A program made the position numbers and the translations under genes. A stretch of 33,193 bases of DNA from Nemertoderma westbladi (Eukaryota > Animalia > Xenacoelomorpha). The notes beneath the pieces were generated by a model. The model ran no database searches. It was not told the origin of the DNA and worked only from the letters and a program-made list of their open reading frames with translations. This document shows, piece after piece, positions 1 to 11,043 of the stretch (position 1 is the stretch's first letter; each line of letters begins with the position of its first letter). The stretch lies in assembly GCA_032718475.1 (NCBI GenBank), contig JAUCBJ010001410.1, positions 1-33,193 on the forward strand, read 5' to 3'.

Positions 1-31
1 TGAATTTGTGGGGATTGGGTCGTTGATGGTA

Positions 32-300
32 CTAATTGTCGATGTACTTGGTACGGAGTTCCGAACATTTGGGACAAACAAGTAAAAAGCGCAGTTCGTC
101 TTCTATTTGGTTCAGGTTACATAGTTCGCTAATTCTCTCAGTTCGCGGAACCCTACGCCACCGCCCGGCCTCAATATGCAAGTCGTGTGATGAACAACGG
201 AATTTAGCTAGAATGTGTCGCAGTCGCGGTGACTCCTTTAGGCTGTCCAGATACGGTTCGGTTTCAAAGCTCCTTTTGCTATATAACTGTCCTCTATAGG
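32..300 (-). mobile_element. Non-LTR retrotransposon (CR1/L2-group-like) ORF2 C-terminal relic
   Basis: Translation ...EPYL...LAKFRCSSHDLHIEAGRW...RTERISELCNLNQIEDELRFLLVCP matches the typical LINE ORF2 C-terminus (FRxSxHxLxIExGR...CxxC...EDExHFLLxC) with degraded zinc ligands. Confidence 0.8.
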
Positions 301-711
301 GGATCCGGCCAGAGCTGATCACCATCCTCGCATAAATTGGTCTTTGATAATTTTTTTTATTTATAAAGAAAGACCCCTCCGCAGAATAAACTGCTCTTTG
401 GGCCGTTTCCCAGGTTGCGGATAAGGATACTATTTCATGCATCGCAGTAATTGTGATTATGATTTGTTTGCCTAGGCGAATGTGTATTACATTAAATGGG
501 AGGCAGTTTTTTGGTTGATGCAAGTCATTCTTGGTTTGCAGCTTCCAATCCCATCAGTTTCTTGGAGTTTGTGTAAGACAGGTTCGTTTAAAGCCATCTT
601 GATGGCGATCTAGTTATATATATGTATAGTTAGTAATATTATATATATGTATATGTATTTGTGTGGCAAATAGTGAACTTAGATATATATAGTATTTACG
701 TATGAACAATG

Positions 712-1302
712 GCAGACCCCGGACAGCAGCCCCCCAGACAGCAGCCCCCTGGGCAGCCGCCCCCCGGACAGCAGCCCCCCGGACAGCAGCCCCCCGGACA
801 GCAGCCCCCGGATAGCAGCCCCCTGGACATCAGCCCCCGGACAGCCGCCCCCCGGACAGCAGCCCCCCGGAGAGAAGCCCCCCGGACAGCAGCCCCCAAA
901 CAGCAGCCCCCCGGGCAGCCACCCCCCGGACAGCCGCCCCCAGGACAGCAGCCCCCCGGACAGTAGCACCCCGGACAGCAGCCCCACGGAGAGAAGCCCC
1001 CAAGACAGCAGCCCACCAAACAGCAGCCCCCCGGGCAGCCACCCCCCGGACAGCCGCCCCCCGGACAGCTGCCCCCCGGACAGCAGCCCCCCGGGCAGCA
1101 GCCCCCCGGACAGTAGCACCCTGGACAGCAGCCCCACGGACAGCAGCCCCCCGGACAACAGCCCCGCGGGCAGCAGCCGCCCGGACAGCAGACCCCCGGA
1201 CAGCAGCTCCCCGGACAGCAGCCCCCTGGACAGCAGCCCCCGGGCAGCAGACCACCGGACAGCAGTCCCCCGGGCAGCAGCCCCCCAGACAGCAGCCTCC
1301 TA
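712..1302. repeat. 15-bp minisatellite, consensus GGACAGCAGCCCCCC
   Basis: About 39 tandem units read directly. The variant GGAGAGAAGCCCC recurs at 869 and 988, indicating a ~120-bp higher-order duplication. Confidence 0.97.
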
Positions 1303-1457
1303 GATGTTACGGGATTATCCTTATATGCACTTCGCCACCCCTAGAAACCAATATATCACCCTATTAGCCATCAGCAATTTGACGGCAGCAATTATCACTT
1401 ACCAATAAGGGGATTACAACCTAACAAAGTCAAGGTAGCAATAGGGCCCCGCGGCCT

Positions 1458-1880
1458 TCTACTACTAGTAGGATCGAAGGATCGGCATGCTGCATTGCAG
1501 CTGCATTTTCAAGAATGTTGTGCTGGCCTGTCCACAAATTCGCGCCACCACAACTCCCTATCACCCATGACATTTGCTAGATCATCTACATCTTCAAGGC
1601 CAGTGTCCTTTAAGATGCGTCTCAAGAAAGTCATGGGCTGCCCACCAAGCTTATCCACTACATGAGGTTGCCAAAGTACAAGATTATGCACTGGCTGGTC
1701 CTTACGGCGAAAGCAATGTCCTGCGAAGTGGAGGCGTCTTTGTTCTAGTGTCAAACTTGGGGGAACCAATGCGACACCTCCAATGTTATATAGTGTCTGG
1801 TTGGAGATGTGTGCATTGTACTTGACACTGTGAACCCGGCGTAGCATTCTTGTGAATGTGCCATCTAGAGATTTGGCCAC
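1458..1880 (-). mobile_element. 5'-truncated RTE-clade LINE, local family B
   Basis: Encodes LDGTFTRMLRRV...RRLHFAGHCFR (RTE ORF end). The 3' end AATGCAGCTGCAATGCAGCATGCCGATCC plus TAG-type tail is shared with the copies at 15728 and 22038. Confidence 0.9.
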
Positions 1881-2587
1881 TCAGCCAAACAATGGCAAGA
1901 TCACGTGTTGCGCAATCTATAATATTGTCGTACAGTAAACCTATATAATATATTTCTTATCCATTGTGCATAGATTGTCAGGGGTTAATCACTATAGGTG
2001 AACCCCTAATATTGTGCCAGAGTCTTAAACAATATTAGTCTTGAATAATATTGTTAAGGGAAAACTAACTACAGTACATCGTTTAGTCAAAGATCGATTA
2101 GTCACACATTACTGCTGCTACTTAATGAGACTAGTAGCCAGGAACAGCCAATTAGAAGTCTACAATAGGTTGGCACGTACATCAACCAGAGTTAGGTTTC
2201 CTGACATAAGACACATATAATATCGTCATACAATATTGTAGTTCAGTTGTTGATTTGATTGCTATAGTATTCAAAGCAAGCCCATTGTTATTACGTACAA
2301 CGACTGACTTATAGTTTTCAACCTATGCGGTGCCACCACCCCGCGCAAGAACGGACTTGGGGCATTAGCTAGTTATCTATCTGTAACAGATTTGCTATTA
2401 TATTGTTTATTAACGATAAAGTTAAAGACGAAACCAGCTGAGTTTTCACCAAGATCCAGATCTATTAGAACACCTTTGTCCAGTAAACCTACGGGATTAC
2501 AACAAACTTCGCTTGATATTTAGGCTCCAACAACTCTGTCAGGCTACTACCCTATATCCCATGACACCGATCAGCAAATCCCTCTTG

Positions 2588-3581
2588 GGCAGTAGCCCCC
2601 TGGACACTAGACAGTACCCCTCTGGGACAGTAGCCCCCTGGACAGTACCCCCTGGGACAGTGGCCTCCTGGATAGTAGTCCCCTGGGCAGTAGCCTCCCG
2701 GACAGTAGCCTCCTGGACAGTACCCCCTGGGACAGTGGCCTCCTGGATAGTAGTCCCCTGGGCAGTAGCCTCCCGGACAGTAGTCCCCTGGACAGTAGTC
2801 CCCTGGACAGTAGCCTCCTGGACAGTAGTCCCCTGGACAGTAGCCTCCCGGACAGTAGTCCCCTGGACAGTAGTCTCCTGGACAGTAGCCTCCCGGACAG
2901 TAGTCCCCTGGACAGTAGTCTCCTGGACAGTAGCCTCCTGGACAGTAGTCTCCTGGGCGGTAGCCTCCTGGACAGTAGTCCCCTGGGCAGTAGCCTCCCG
3001 GACAGTAGCCTCCTGGACAGTACCCCCCCTGGGACAGTAGTCCCCTGGACAGTAGCCTCCTGGACAGTAGTCCCCTGGACAGTAGCCTCCCGGACAGTAG
3101 TCCCCTGGACAGTAGTCTCCTGGACAGTAGCCTCCTGGACAGTAGTCTCCTGGGCGGTAGCCTCCTGGACAGTAGTCCCCTGGGCAGTAGCCTCCCGGAC
3201 AGTAGCCTCCTGGACAGTACCCCCCCTGGGACAGTAGTCCCCTGGACAGTAGCCTCCTGGACAGTCTCCTGGACAGTAGTCCCCTGGACAGTAGCTTCCT
3301 GGACAGTAGTCCCCTGGACAGTAGCCTCCTGGACAGTCTCCTGGACAGTAGCCTCCTGGACAGTAGTCCCCTGGACAGTAGCCTCCTGGACAGTCTCCTG
3401 GACAGTAGTCCCCTGGGCAGTAGCCTCCTGGACAGTAGTCCCCTGGACAGTAGCCTCCTGGACAGTCTCCTGGACAGTAGTCCCCTGGGCAGTAGCCTCC
3501 TGGACAGTAGTCCCCTGGACAGTAGCCTCCTGGACAGTAGTCCTCTGGGCAGTAGCCTCCCGGACAGTAGGCCCCTGGACA
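2588..3581. repeat. 15-bp minisatellite, consensus GGACAGTAG(T/C)C(C/T)CCT, with 12-bp variant units
   Basis: About 1 kb tandem array. A block containing TGGGCGGTAG recurs at 2954 and 3151 (197-bp higher-order repeat). GGACAGTCTCCT 12-mers appear only after ~3260. Confidence 0.97.
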
Positions 3582-3890
3582 GTGTCGTTCTGTTCTGTTA
3601 AGTCCAATTTTAATCGTTAATAACTCGGTCTATCTATCGTGTGGCCTTCGAGAAGCTAAGATAAAAGCAGTTACTGTAATTAGTTAATTAAGTAAAAAAT
3701 ATGTATTTCAACCTGACTTTTAATTGAAATTAATTATTTTATAGTATAAGATTTAAATAATTATACTTAAAAATTATACAGCGGTAGTCCCTATACCCCA
3801 TTCCATTATAGTTTTTAATTAGTTCAAGTGATTTGTTTGCTTATAAAATTTGTTTTTAATTGATCCAAACGTAATTAATTTATTAAAATG
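3582..3890 (+). mobile_element. Internal fragment of the HINE/Helentron-like element at 19971-21259
   Basis: Colinear homology to 20105-20470 (GTCGTTCTG remnant, CGTGTGGCCTTCGAGAAGCTAAGATAA, AGTATAAGATTTAAATAATTATA, TTATAGTTTTTAATTAGTTCAAGTGATTTG). Confidence 0.8.
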
Positions 3891-4013
3891 CCCCGGTCAC
3901 TCTATACTTCCAGCTCCCTCATTCCTTGGCATGCTAGCTATTGTCTAAATGTCTAGCCTAGCTGCTGGCGCTGGGAACCAGTCTAACCACCTCAGCACTA
4001 CTCGGCAATATGT

Positions 4014-4647
4014 AATTAGGAGCCCGCTTGACAGCGGGATACTTACTGTAAGAATCTCAGGGATACTTTCTGTAAAAATCTCAGGATACATTACACTGAC
4101 TGACATACTGACTGACTGATAATTATCTAGGTTAAGGCACTTCCTGCCTGGCGATTTTGATGAAATTTTGCAAGTACATTGCTTTGGTGGTTCATAATCG
4201 CGTTACAAAATTTCAGATCGATTCTATGTGTGGTATTCGATATATTTAGTTTTTTGACATTGTTTTGTCGCGAAATTAAAAGCAATGGTAAAATAACAGC
4301 TGGTGTTCATGATGAAATATGGCTTAATATGTTATACACAGTCATAGAAAAACGTGTTGGTTGCCAAGTTTTACTAGTAGGCTATAAGGAAAGGCAATGT
4401 TTACTCACACATAAGCTGTTGGTTTCTAATGTATTACCCCATAAGCTGATTGCTCTCCCAGTGCTTCCTAAGGGTATATCTACAATAATGTTACTCACTC
4501 TGCTATGTTAGGGGGTGGATCAGGATAATTAATTTTAGTTACACAAAGCAGTGTGTTGTGTCCTATGGCAGTCGATACTCACTGTGGATTGTAAAATGTT
4601 TTGTCTGGGAAGAGATATTCCGCTTGACGACGGGGTACTACCTATAG
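4014..4647 (+). mobile_element. Putative HINE/DINE-1-like non-autonomous element
   Basis: 5' hairpin CCCGC-TTGACA-GCGGG, then a (GACT)n microsatellite and an ATTTTGATGAAATTTTG motif. A related motif TCCGCTTGACGACGGGGTACT lies near the 3' end. Confidence 0.45.
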
Positions 4648-4815
4648 AAGGAAATTAAATTTGTTATTTGGCTCTATTCGTTGTTATTTATCTGGTTGTG
4701 CATCATGGGCATTTTTTATAAATATTCGGTAATCGTATCTTATATCTTGTAAACATGCTTGATAATGAAATTATTTGCTTCATATTATATTTTTGTTAGT
4801 GGTAGCTAAGTTGCA

Positions 4816-5436
4816 TTTTTATTATGTGGGGCGAGCCACAAAGTCAGCTAGCCTCACGCCTGCAGTTTAGACAATTTTAGTTTACTTACTGCTGACTGAC
4901 AGTTCTTTGTAATAGTCTTGGCTAGGATATTTCCCCCGGGCTCCTTCCAGCCAGCTTGCTGGCTTTCTAGTTACATCTATAGAACATGGCAGTAGTGTAA
5001 GGTGCCTGAATAATAAGCCAGCTTGCTTATTATTTATCTCGCAAAATGATTGGCTGAGTATTTAATGGAGATTCTTTAGAATAAATATAGCTAAATAATT
5101 TTGTTGTGGCATTGACATGATAAATTAATATTTCAGTATCAATACTGTCTGCATAAGGTAAGGTTTAATGTTTCTTACAAATTGGGTCGCCTCCACGCCT
5201 TAGATATATTTAATATATTACTTTTAAAATTTCCTGTTAATATCTCTGCCTTTCATCAATCATCTGTGCGCCTTTGGGTTGGTGTGGTGAAGATTAAGAG
5301 GACGGTAGAAGGGGGGGGGGGGGGGGGGGTAACTTTTCCTTTTCTTTGATTTATTCGTGGTTTGGTTAAATTCAATTTTAATTTGTGTCTCACTGAGCCT
5401 AGTGCTGCGCGAAGGCCCCACAAACGTCTAAGTATT
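4816..5436 (+). mobile_element. HINE/Helentron-like non-autonomous element, short copy
   Basis: Same termini as 19971-21259: 5' TATGTGGGGCGAGCCAC.AAG and 3' GCCT.GTGCTGCGCGAAGGCCCCAC.AACGT (GTGGGGC/GCCCCAC subterminal inverted repeat), with a G tract before the 3' end. Confidence 0.7.
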
Positions 5437-5701
5437 ATATGGCAATATTGTTCAGTCCTAATTGCCCGTGGCTTGATACTGTGATTTGATTTCCGCATAT
5501 TTAATCATTTATCTGGTCCTAGCTTGAGTTTGTAACATATTTAATCAGACATACCCCTCGAATTATTAAGTAACCACACATTCCCGGTACTGTTAATACG
5601 CGTACCTCTTTCACTATATTGTATATAGAATTGGGCATATTACTGTGTGCGCTAACATAGTTTATTGTACAGTACACTAAATATTTGTATATTTATTTTG
5701 T

Positions 5702-5790
5702 GGGGAAACGATATTGCGACAACCATGGAGAATCTATCCAGAAGCCTAGAAGGACTCATTTCCACTGTCCGTGTTCGCCCGAACTAGTAG
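5702..5790 (+). mobile_element. 3' end fragment of RTE family A
   Basis: Matches 22845-22930 (TTGCGACAAC.ATGGAGAATC...CTCATTTCCACTGTCCG.GTTCGC..CTAGTAG). Confidence 0.8.
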
Positions 5791-6944
5791 AATTAGTAAA
5801 TATATTTTGTTACGTATTTGTAAACAATATATATATCCCTTAAAACATTACATGCCCATTTACACTTTCTTGTCATCTCCAACAAACAAGTCCCTTTCAG
5901 AATTCTTAGCCATATCATGGACAAATTGACTTTATTCTCGTAAAAACTTCTTTCCGTAACTGGTTACCACAAAGTCGCCATTTCATTGGATATTTGTTGA
6001 AAAAATATCCTCAACAACACAGAGCAATCATTATCATGATTTAATTTGGTTTCTGTGATTGGCTGTTTTTGAAGTTCGAGTTACTTTGTGATTGGCTATT
6101 TGGTTTTCTCAGGTATTAGAACTCAGGGCACGGATTTTCATTTTATTAAACAATAAAGTTTATTGTAAATCAAAAAATCCATTAACTCCACTACAGTATG
6201 CCTTGAAATTTTTTATGAGTTGATTATTTTTATTGCTATTTTTATACTATATATTATACTATATTTATTGCCACATTTTCCTGCTGTTTGCCGATAAGTA
6301 TGCTCATCTCAATCGTCTTTATAATTAGCCACGTAAAATTTGCAGAATATTTGTAGGTTAGCTACTCACTTTAAATCTTGTATTCTAGCGCTTTATGAGT
6401 TACGCGTTTACGCGTTACGCTTTTATGAGTAGAGCGACGCGTTTCAAATTCGAAGCGTCAGCCTGGATTTCAATAAGAGAATTGTATAATTGTGTGTGTT
6501 GATGAAGTATGAAGTATGCGTCAAAGGAAGACCTTACTGATTTTTTATTAAATCTTGACCATTAAATTGCAGTAGGCCTACTCTCTTGTCTGCCAACTCT
6601 CTAAACCTATATGATGCTGTTGTTTATTGTTACCGGATTATTGTCGTAAGGTGACAGACATCATGTAGTAAAGAGAAGTTAGAAAAAAACATTTTTTCGT
6701 TAGAAAAATTATTTTTGTTCAATCAATGCTACCATCTAATATAAGATAAGATGCCTTCTTATACACCCTTTCTCATAATGGGACGTAATGAGTGTAAGAT
6801 GTTGGGTAGCCTTTTAGGATATAATCAGTGCAATATGTTAGCATCCATTTAGTTAGTCATATGTCATTTTAAAAGGTTTTCCGTGCAAGATGGTGGCAAG
6901 AAAAAGCAATGGCCTTCTATAATTTCAGTCTATTGTTGCTGAAC

Positions 6945-7342
6945 TCCCCACACGTAGAAACCTGCTGTTGCAACTTGTTTCTGCAACTTGTTTCTGCAAC
7001 TTGTTTCTGTAACTTGTTTCTCCAACTTGTTTCTGTAACTTGTTTCTCCAATTTGTTTCTGTGACTTGTTCCTGTAACTTGTTTCTGCAACTTGTTTCAC
7101 TCATCACAAGTGGCAAACTTGTTGCTCAAAAAAATTACAATAATTATTTAAAATAAACAGCTAACATGTCCAGGACTCTCAAATTATCTAATAGTATAAA
7201 AATTGGATGTAATATAAGTTTTTAAAAATGATATAAAATAAATATAAATTCTTCAAAATTTTGCATCAACTTGTTGCTGGAGAAACTGTTGCTTTAGAAA
7301 CAAGTTGCAAATACAAAAGTTGATCCGTGTGACGCGGCCTTA
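6945..7342. mobile_element. MITE-like element (PIF/Harbinger-like end) with internal 13-bp minisatellite
   Basis: Left CACACG...TTGCAACTTGTTTCT is inverted relative to right AGAAACAAGTTGCAA...CGTGTGACGCGGCC-TTA. About 10 units of AACTTGTTTCTG(C/T) at 6968-7097. The left terminus is degenerate. Confidence 0.55.
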
Positions 7343-7565
7343 TCGCGTTACTTTTATTGGTAACAAATTACCTATTTCTACAGTAAGCAGTTTTGTTGAA
7401 TTATGAGTATAACGAAAAAATCATTACATTAATAAAAATATATATTTTCAAAAAAAGCTAGTAATCCTATTGCACAATATATTACACAATCTATACTGCC
7501 CCTTTTTTATCTAATGTAGGTCTAATTACAGGAGTGAGTTTGTTTAGAATTTCCAGATAATTATA

Positions 7566-7739
7566 ATGGGTCAACGCATAATTCTTATTTGTTCAGTGTT
7601 TTGTCTAGTCGTTATCACTTCTTGGAGTCAGCCCTTGTACGAGAAGTCCAACGGATATTCGATTCATGAAAACGACGATACGGACAACGTTGTTAGCAAG
7701 CGAAATCGACAACCGGCCCGGTACAGCGGTGCGGCCAGG
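7566..7739 (+). CDS. Secreted peptide precursor, coding exon 1 (signal peptide, acidic propeptide, KR site)
   Basis: MGQRIILICSVFCLVVITSWS|QPLYEKSNGYSIHENDDTDNVVS-KR-NRQPARYSGAAR, then donor AGG|GTTAGT at 7740 (phase 0). An acceptor-like TTTCCAG at 7550-7556 lies just upstream of the ATG. Confidence 0.8.
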
Positions 7740-7984
7740 GTTAGTGATTTACAACGAATTATTGAATTCAGTAATCTAATGATACTTTTATAATAAATGA
7801 TATTTTTGGTTCAAATAGCAGCCAAACAGAGGAGACCTGTAGTGTCTTATAAATATGACCATAAACACAACTCAAGGCTTTGCTCGTAGAAACTATACTA
7901 TTTAATTCCAATTGCCTATTAGGTATAAACGTAGTGGGGGTACATTCAACGCATTGAAACTTCGTCCCCCTCCAGTGAAAATCA

Positions 7985-8330
7985 AAGCAAATAGAAATAA
8001 CAACTATAGTTACTCCATAAAACAAAACTGTAACCTTTTCTCCAGTATTCACTTTAGTTTATTGTCTTGACTAGTGGCTAGATTGACGTGAACATTTAAC
8101 CTGCTCCTTTCCCTTAATTGTTAATTTAACATTGATAGGATATATTAATTCAAACACCCCCCCCCCCCCCCCCCCCCCCCCCTCGTATGTCTCCATAGGG
8201 ACATTGGTACTTTACAGTGGTAGGTAAATATAACCAAAACAATAAACTAAAGTCAATAGCACCCATTACGGTTTTTTGTTTGTATTCACTCAGCAATTAT
8301 TTACATCGATTATTTGTTATTATTTGTGTC
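7985..8330. repeat. Two inverted copies of a dispersed repeat flanking a poly-C tract
   Basis: CTTTAGTTTATTGTCTTG (8052) vs CAAAACAATAAACTAAAG (8235). The same family occurs at 9665-9760 (-), 13530-13675 (+) and 30100-30225 (+), sharing CCACTGTAACCTGCTCCTTTCCCT-like cores. Confidence 0.7.
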
Positions 8331-8691
8331 TCGCTGGCTGTCGTACATAAGGTTATAAACATCAACATACATTATTTAACATAGGCCTACATCTTATTAT
8401 ACTGATTGGAATTAATGTTATAGTGTAGAATAATTATTATATGCAAGATACAGTTGTTGGGTATATTAATACCATCGGAAATTCCTACGCAAATTGAAAC
8501 AAAACCCACGATTAATTCCGTCTAAAGATGAGTTTATCTGCAACTATATTGATATTCCATCAGTTTATCAGCTAATTTATCAGTCAGAGTTTTCTTTATT
8601 ACCTTTAAATATTTTCCATCTCAGCAGCACTGCTGTTCTTGTGCAACATCTTCTGATGTTATTGAATTTATTTAAATTGATTCCTTTATAG

Positions 8692-8727
8692 CAAACCGGC
8701 TGCAGCGCCGCCACATGCGGCAAGTAA
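8692..8727 (+). CDS. Peptide precursor coding exon 2: QTGCSAATCGK* (calcitonin/CGRP/adrenomedullin-like ring)
   Basis: Acceptor TTCCTTTATAG| at 8691 opens a GC-rich island in AT-rich DNA. It is in phase with exon 1 and gives a CX4C ring followed by G-K-stop (amidation signal). Confidence 0.7.
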   Translation, partial: QTGCSAATCGK

Positions 8728-9178
8728 AGCAACTTGTAATTCTAAATACATTTCATATTAAATTCGAAAAAATACATAATTATTCAACATTCTATGTAAA
8801 ATATATTGATTGTTAGTGATTCACTGAAAAGTTGTTTGTTTTTTGTTTGTGTTTATTTGTGGAACTATTGACAATCTAATTATTTTAGAAACTAACAAAT
8901 ATGAATAGTTTATACTACAAGTGTTTCTTATTACTTAGATATCTATAATCTATTAGTAAATGGAGCGCAAATATGAACCCCAGCGGGGGTCGTCTTCTGA
9001 TAAACATTCAGTTATCCACTACTACACCATGGAGGTAGATCTGTATTTCTCTCCGCGTGTAATTATCACCATTGTTGCATTTGATAATTTTAATTTAATT
9101 ATATTAACCAAACATTTTGGAATTAATGACACACTGTTACTAAAATTATGCTAAAATTAGTAAAATATGTAAATAAAG

Positions 9179-9413
9179 TCAGTCATCGATCTGTGGTCGG
9201 TCGAGGTTCGCAAGGTGGAGGGAGCTGCCAAGGTCGGAGTTAAATCGGGGGAGAGCGTAGCAAGTTGAACAGTGGTCTTTGGAGACCGCTTTGTCGTGGC
9301 AGAGCCAGCAAATGCAGTCTTCAGTGGGCCTCCAGCATTTTGGGGACTGGCACCGTATTTGATAATTTTCCCGATATATTACTTTGGTGAAAATCCAAAG
9401 TAAATGTGAATAT
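9179..9413 (-). other. Candidate Cys-rich terminal exon of unknown gene
   Basis: After acceptor TTTATATTTCCAG| an open frame reads YSHLLWIFTKVIYRENYQIRCQSPKCWRPTEDCICWLCHDKAVSKDHCSTCYALPRFNSDLGSSLHLANLDRPQIDD*. GC content is above the flanks. Confidence 0.3.
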
Positions 9414-10086
9414 CTGGAAATATAAATTTATTGTCGCAGATGGGCTGCCGGGGAGGGGAGGGGGGGAAGCAAGACCGAAAACCATTCAAAATGAGGAAGT
9501 TAAAAGAACGAAACACAACAATTAATATTTTGTTTCGTTTCCAATCCCTGGTAATTGTAATTATAAACATTATAAACATTATAAACATTATAAACATCAC
9601 GCTTTTAAATTAATTGCTAATTGTCTATTTATCACAACTCATATGTAGCACCGATATACTTTTGAATTAATATATCCTTTCAATTTTGATAAAGTAAAAG
9701 GAGCAGTTTACAGTGGCAGACCTGCAGTACGTTATTATTACCAAAAAATAAATGCCTAAATTTCACCTGGAGACAGATGAAATTTCATAACATTGAAAGT
9801 CAACCCAACCCGTAATTTTCTAACCCAACAGAACTTAGTTCGTTCCCCTTTACACAACAATTTTTGTTATTTAGGTTCAGGATTGAGTATAAAATGAAGG
9901 ATAAGATTTAGTGCCAAATATTTAAACAATAATCACATAAATATTGGTTTTAATTATTTACTCTATTTAATAATCCTAATTTCACAAAGAGAAAATGTCA
10001 TTTTTTTACCACTACAACCAGAGGCGATACAATTAAACCGGTTAATGAACTTTACTATGTCTTGTAAGCCATACACACAATGGATC

Positions 10087-10445
10087 AGTTGTCAAAAATC
10101 CATGTTAAACCTTGGAAGGAACAATTCTGTTCATTAAATTCATTGATGCAGTCGACGAAACCATCGCAATTGTATAAGTCGAGGCGAGGTAACACTGGTC
10201 GCATCTAGTCGCGCATTCTTTGCAGGTCTCGGAACTGAGTTGATCGCCGCCTTCGGGTTCGGTCGAACGCTCGACAATCCGTGGTTGGTTCCATCGTAGA
10301 CCCATTCCTGCGGCCCGCACGGGTACTGTAACCCACGTCGTAACACCCGAAGTCCTCCGCCGTAGAGAAATCCGCGTTGCATCCCGTCTCATCCGAGTTG
10401 TCGTCCTGGCCTGGTACGAGTCGCACAGATTCGGACGCCTTTGGC
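10087..10445 (-). pseudogene. Frameshifted relic of tandem LDL-receptor class A (LDLa) repeats
   Basis: Pieces in different frames: NLCDSYQ / QDDNSDETGC, FGCYDVG / CGPQEWVYDGTNH, CKECATRCDQCYLAS / YNCDGFVDCINEFNEQNC. These resemble the LDLa consensus CxPxxWxCDGxxDCxDxSDExxC. Confidence 0.7.
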
Positions 10446-11043
10446 TAAACTCATCTCCAAATAAAATTCGTTAAGATAGAAATTCGCATTTAAAAATAGA
10501 AAGTCAGCCGGTCAACAACCACGTACACAGTTGCATAGATTACGTTGAATATAATCGCCACTGTTTGTATTTATTTTGGAATCTGACAAGATCAAAAATA
10601 ATAGGAATTATATCCGAAAGGGGGGGAGTAATAAAATTCCGTATGAAAATTACAATTTCTGTTCCAGACCAAGTAATATATATTTTAATATAAATTCGGT
10701 TCTCAAATTTTCAATGTCAATTTGGGTCAATAATGTTCGCAATAATGTGTAATAATGTTCGTGAAGACATCTTGCAAATCTTGTTCTATATGGAACAGTT
10801 TCTCGATATAGACTTTCCAACTTACCAGAGGCGTTCATGTGGTGATTTTGTTTTGACCTTGGTTTGGAAACCTTCACCTATAAGTAGATCAGGTTGATTG
10901 CATGCCATGCTTTAGCATTTCCTATATAGAATCCACTTGCTCTTTATTAAGTCCAGCAGCTTGTACGGGAACTGCAATTTTAAGGACTTTTACAGGAAAT
11001 TATTAGGCCTCAATAGTTTCTTCCCTTGATATTTTCATCAACC

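Noticed and set aside
679-1255. Gly/Cys/Pro/Gln-rich ORFs resembling structural proteins
   Set aside because: By-products of a 15-bp (codon-multiple) minisatellite that is open in many frames; no signal peptide or splice context.
2513-3607. 351-aa and 175-aa repetitive ORFs
   Set aside because: Minisatellite translations; the peptide pattern changes wherever unit length shifts the frame.
7740-7793. C-terminus VSDLQRIIEFSNLMILL of the 75-aa ORF
   Set aside because: Begins at a GTTAGT donor with an abrupt shift to AT-rich sequence; most likely intron read-through.
9379-9613. ORFs with MFI/INI repeats
   Set aside because: Caused by a (TTATAAACA)x4 microrepeat.
10650-11030. Possible decayed coding sequence
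   Set aside because: Interrupted by stops, with no motif I can recognise.
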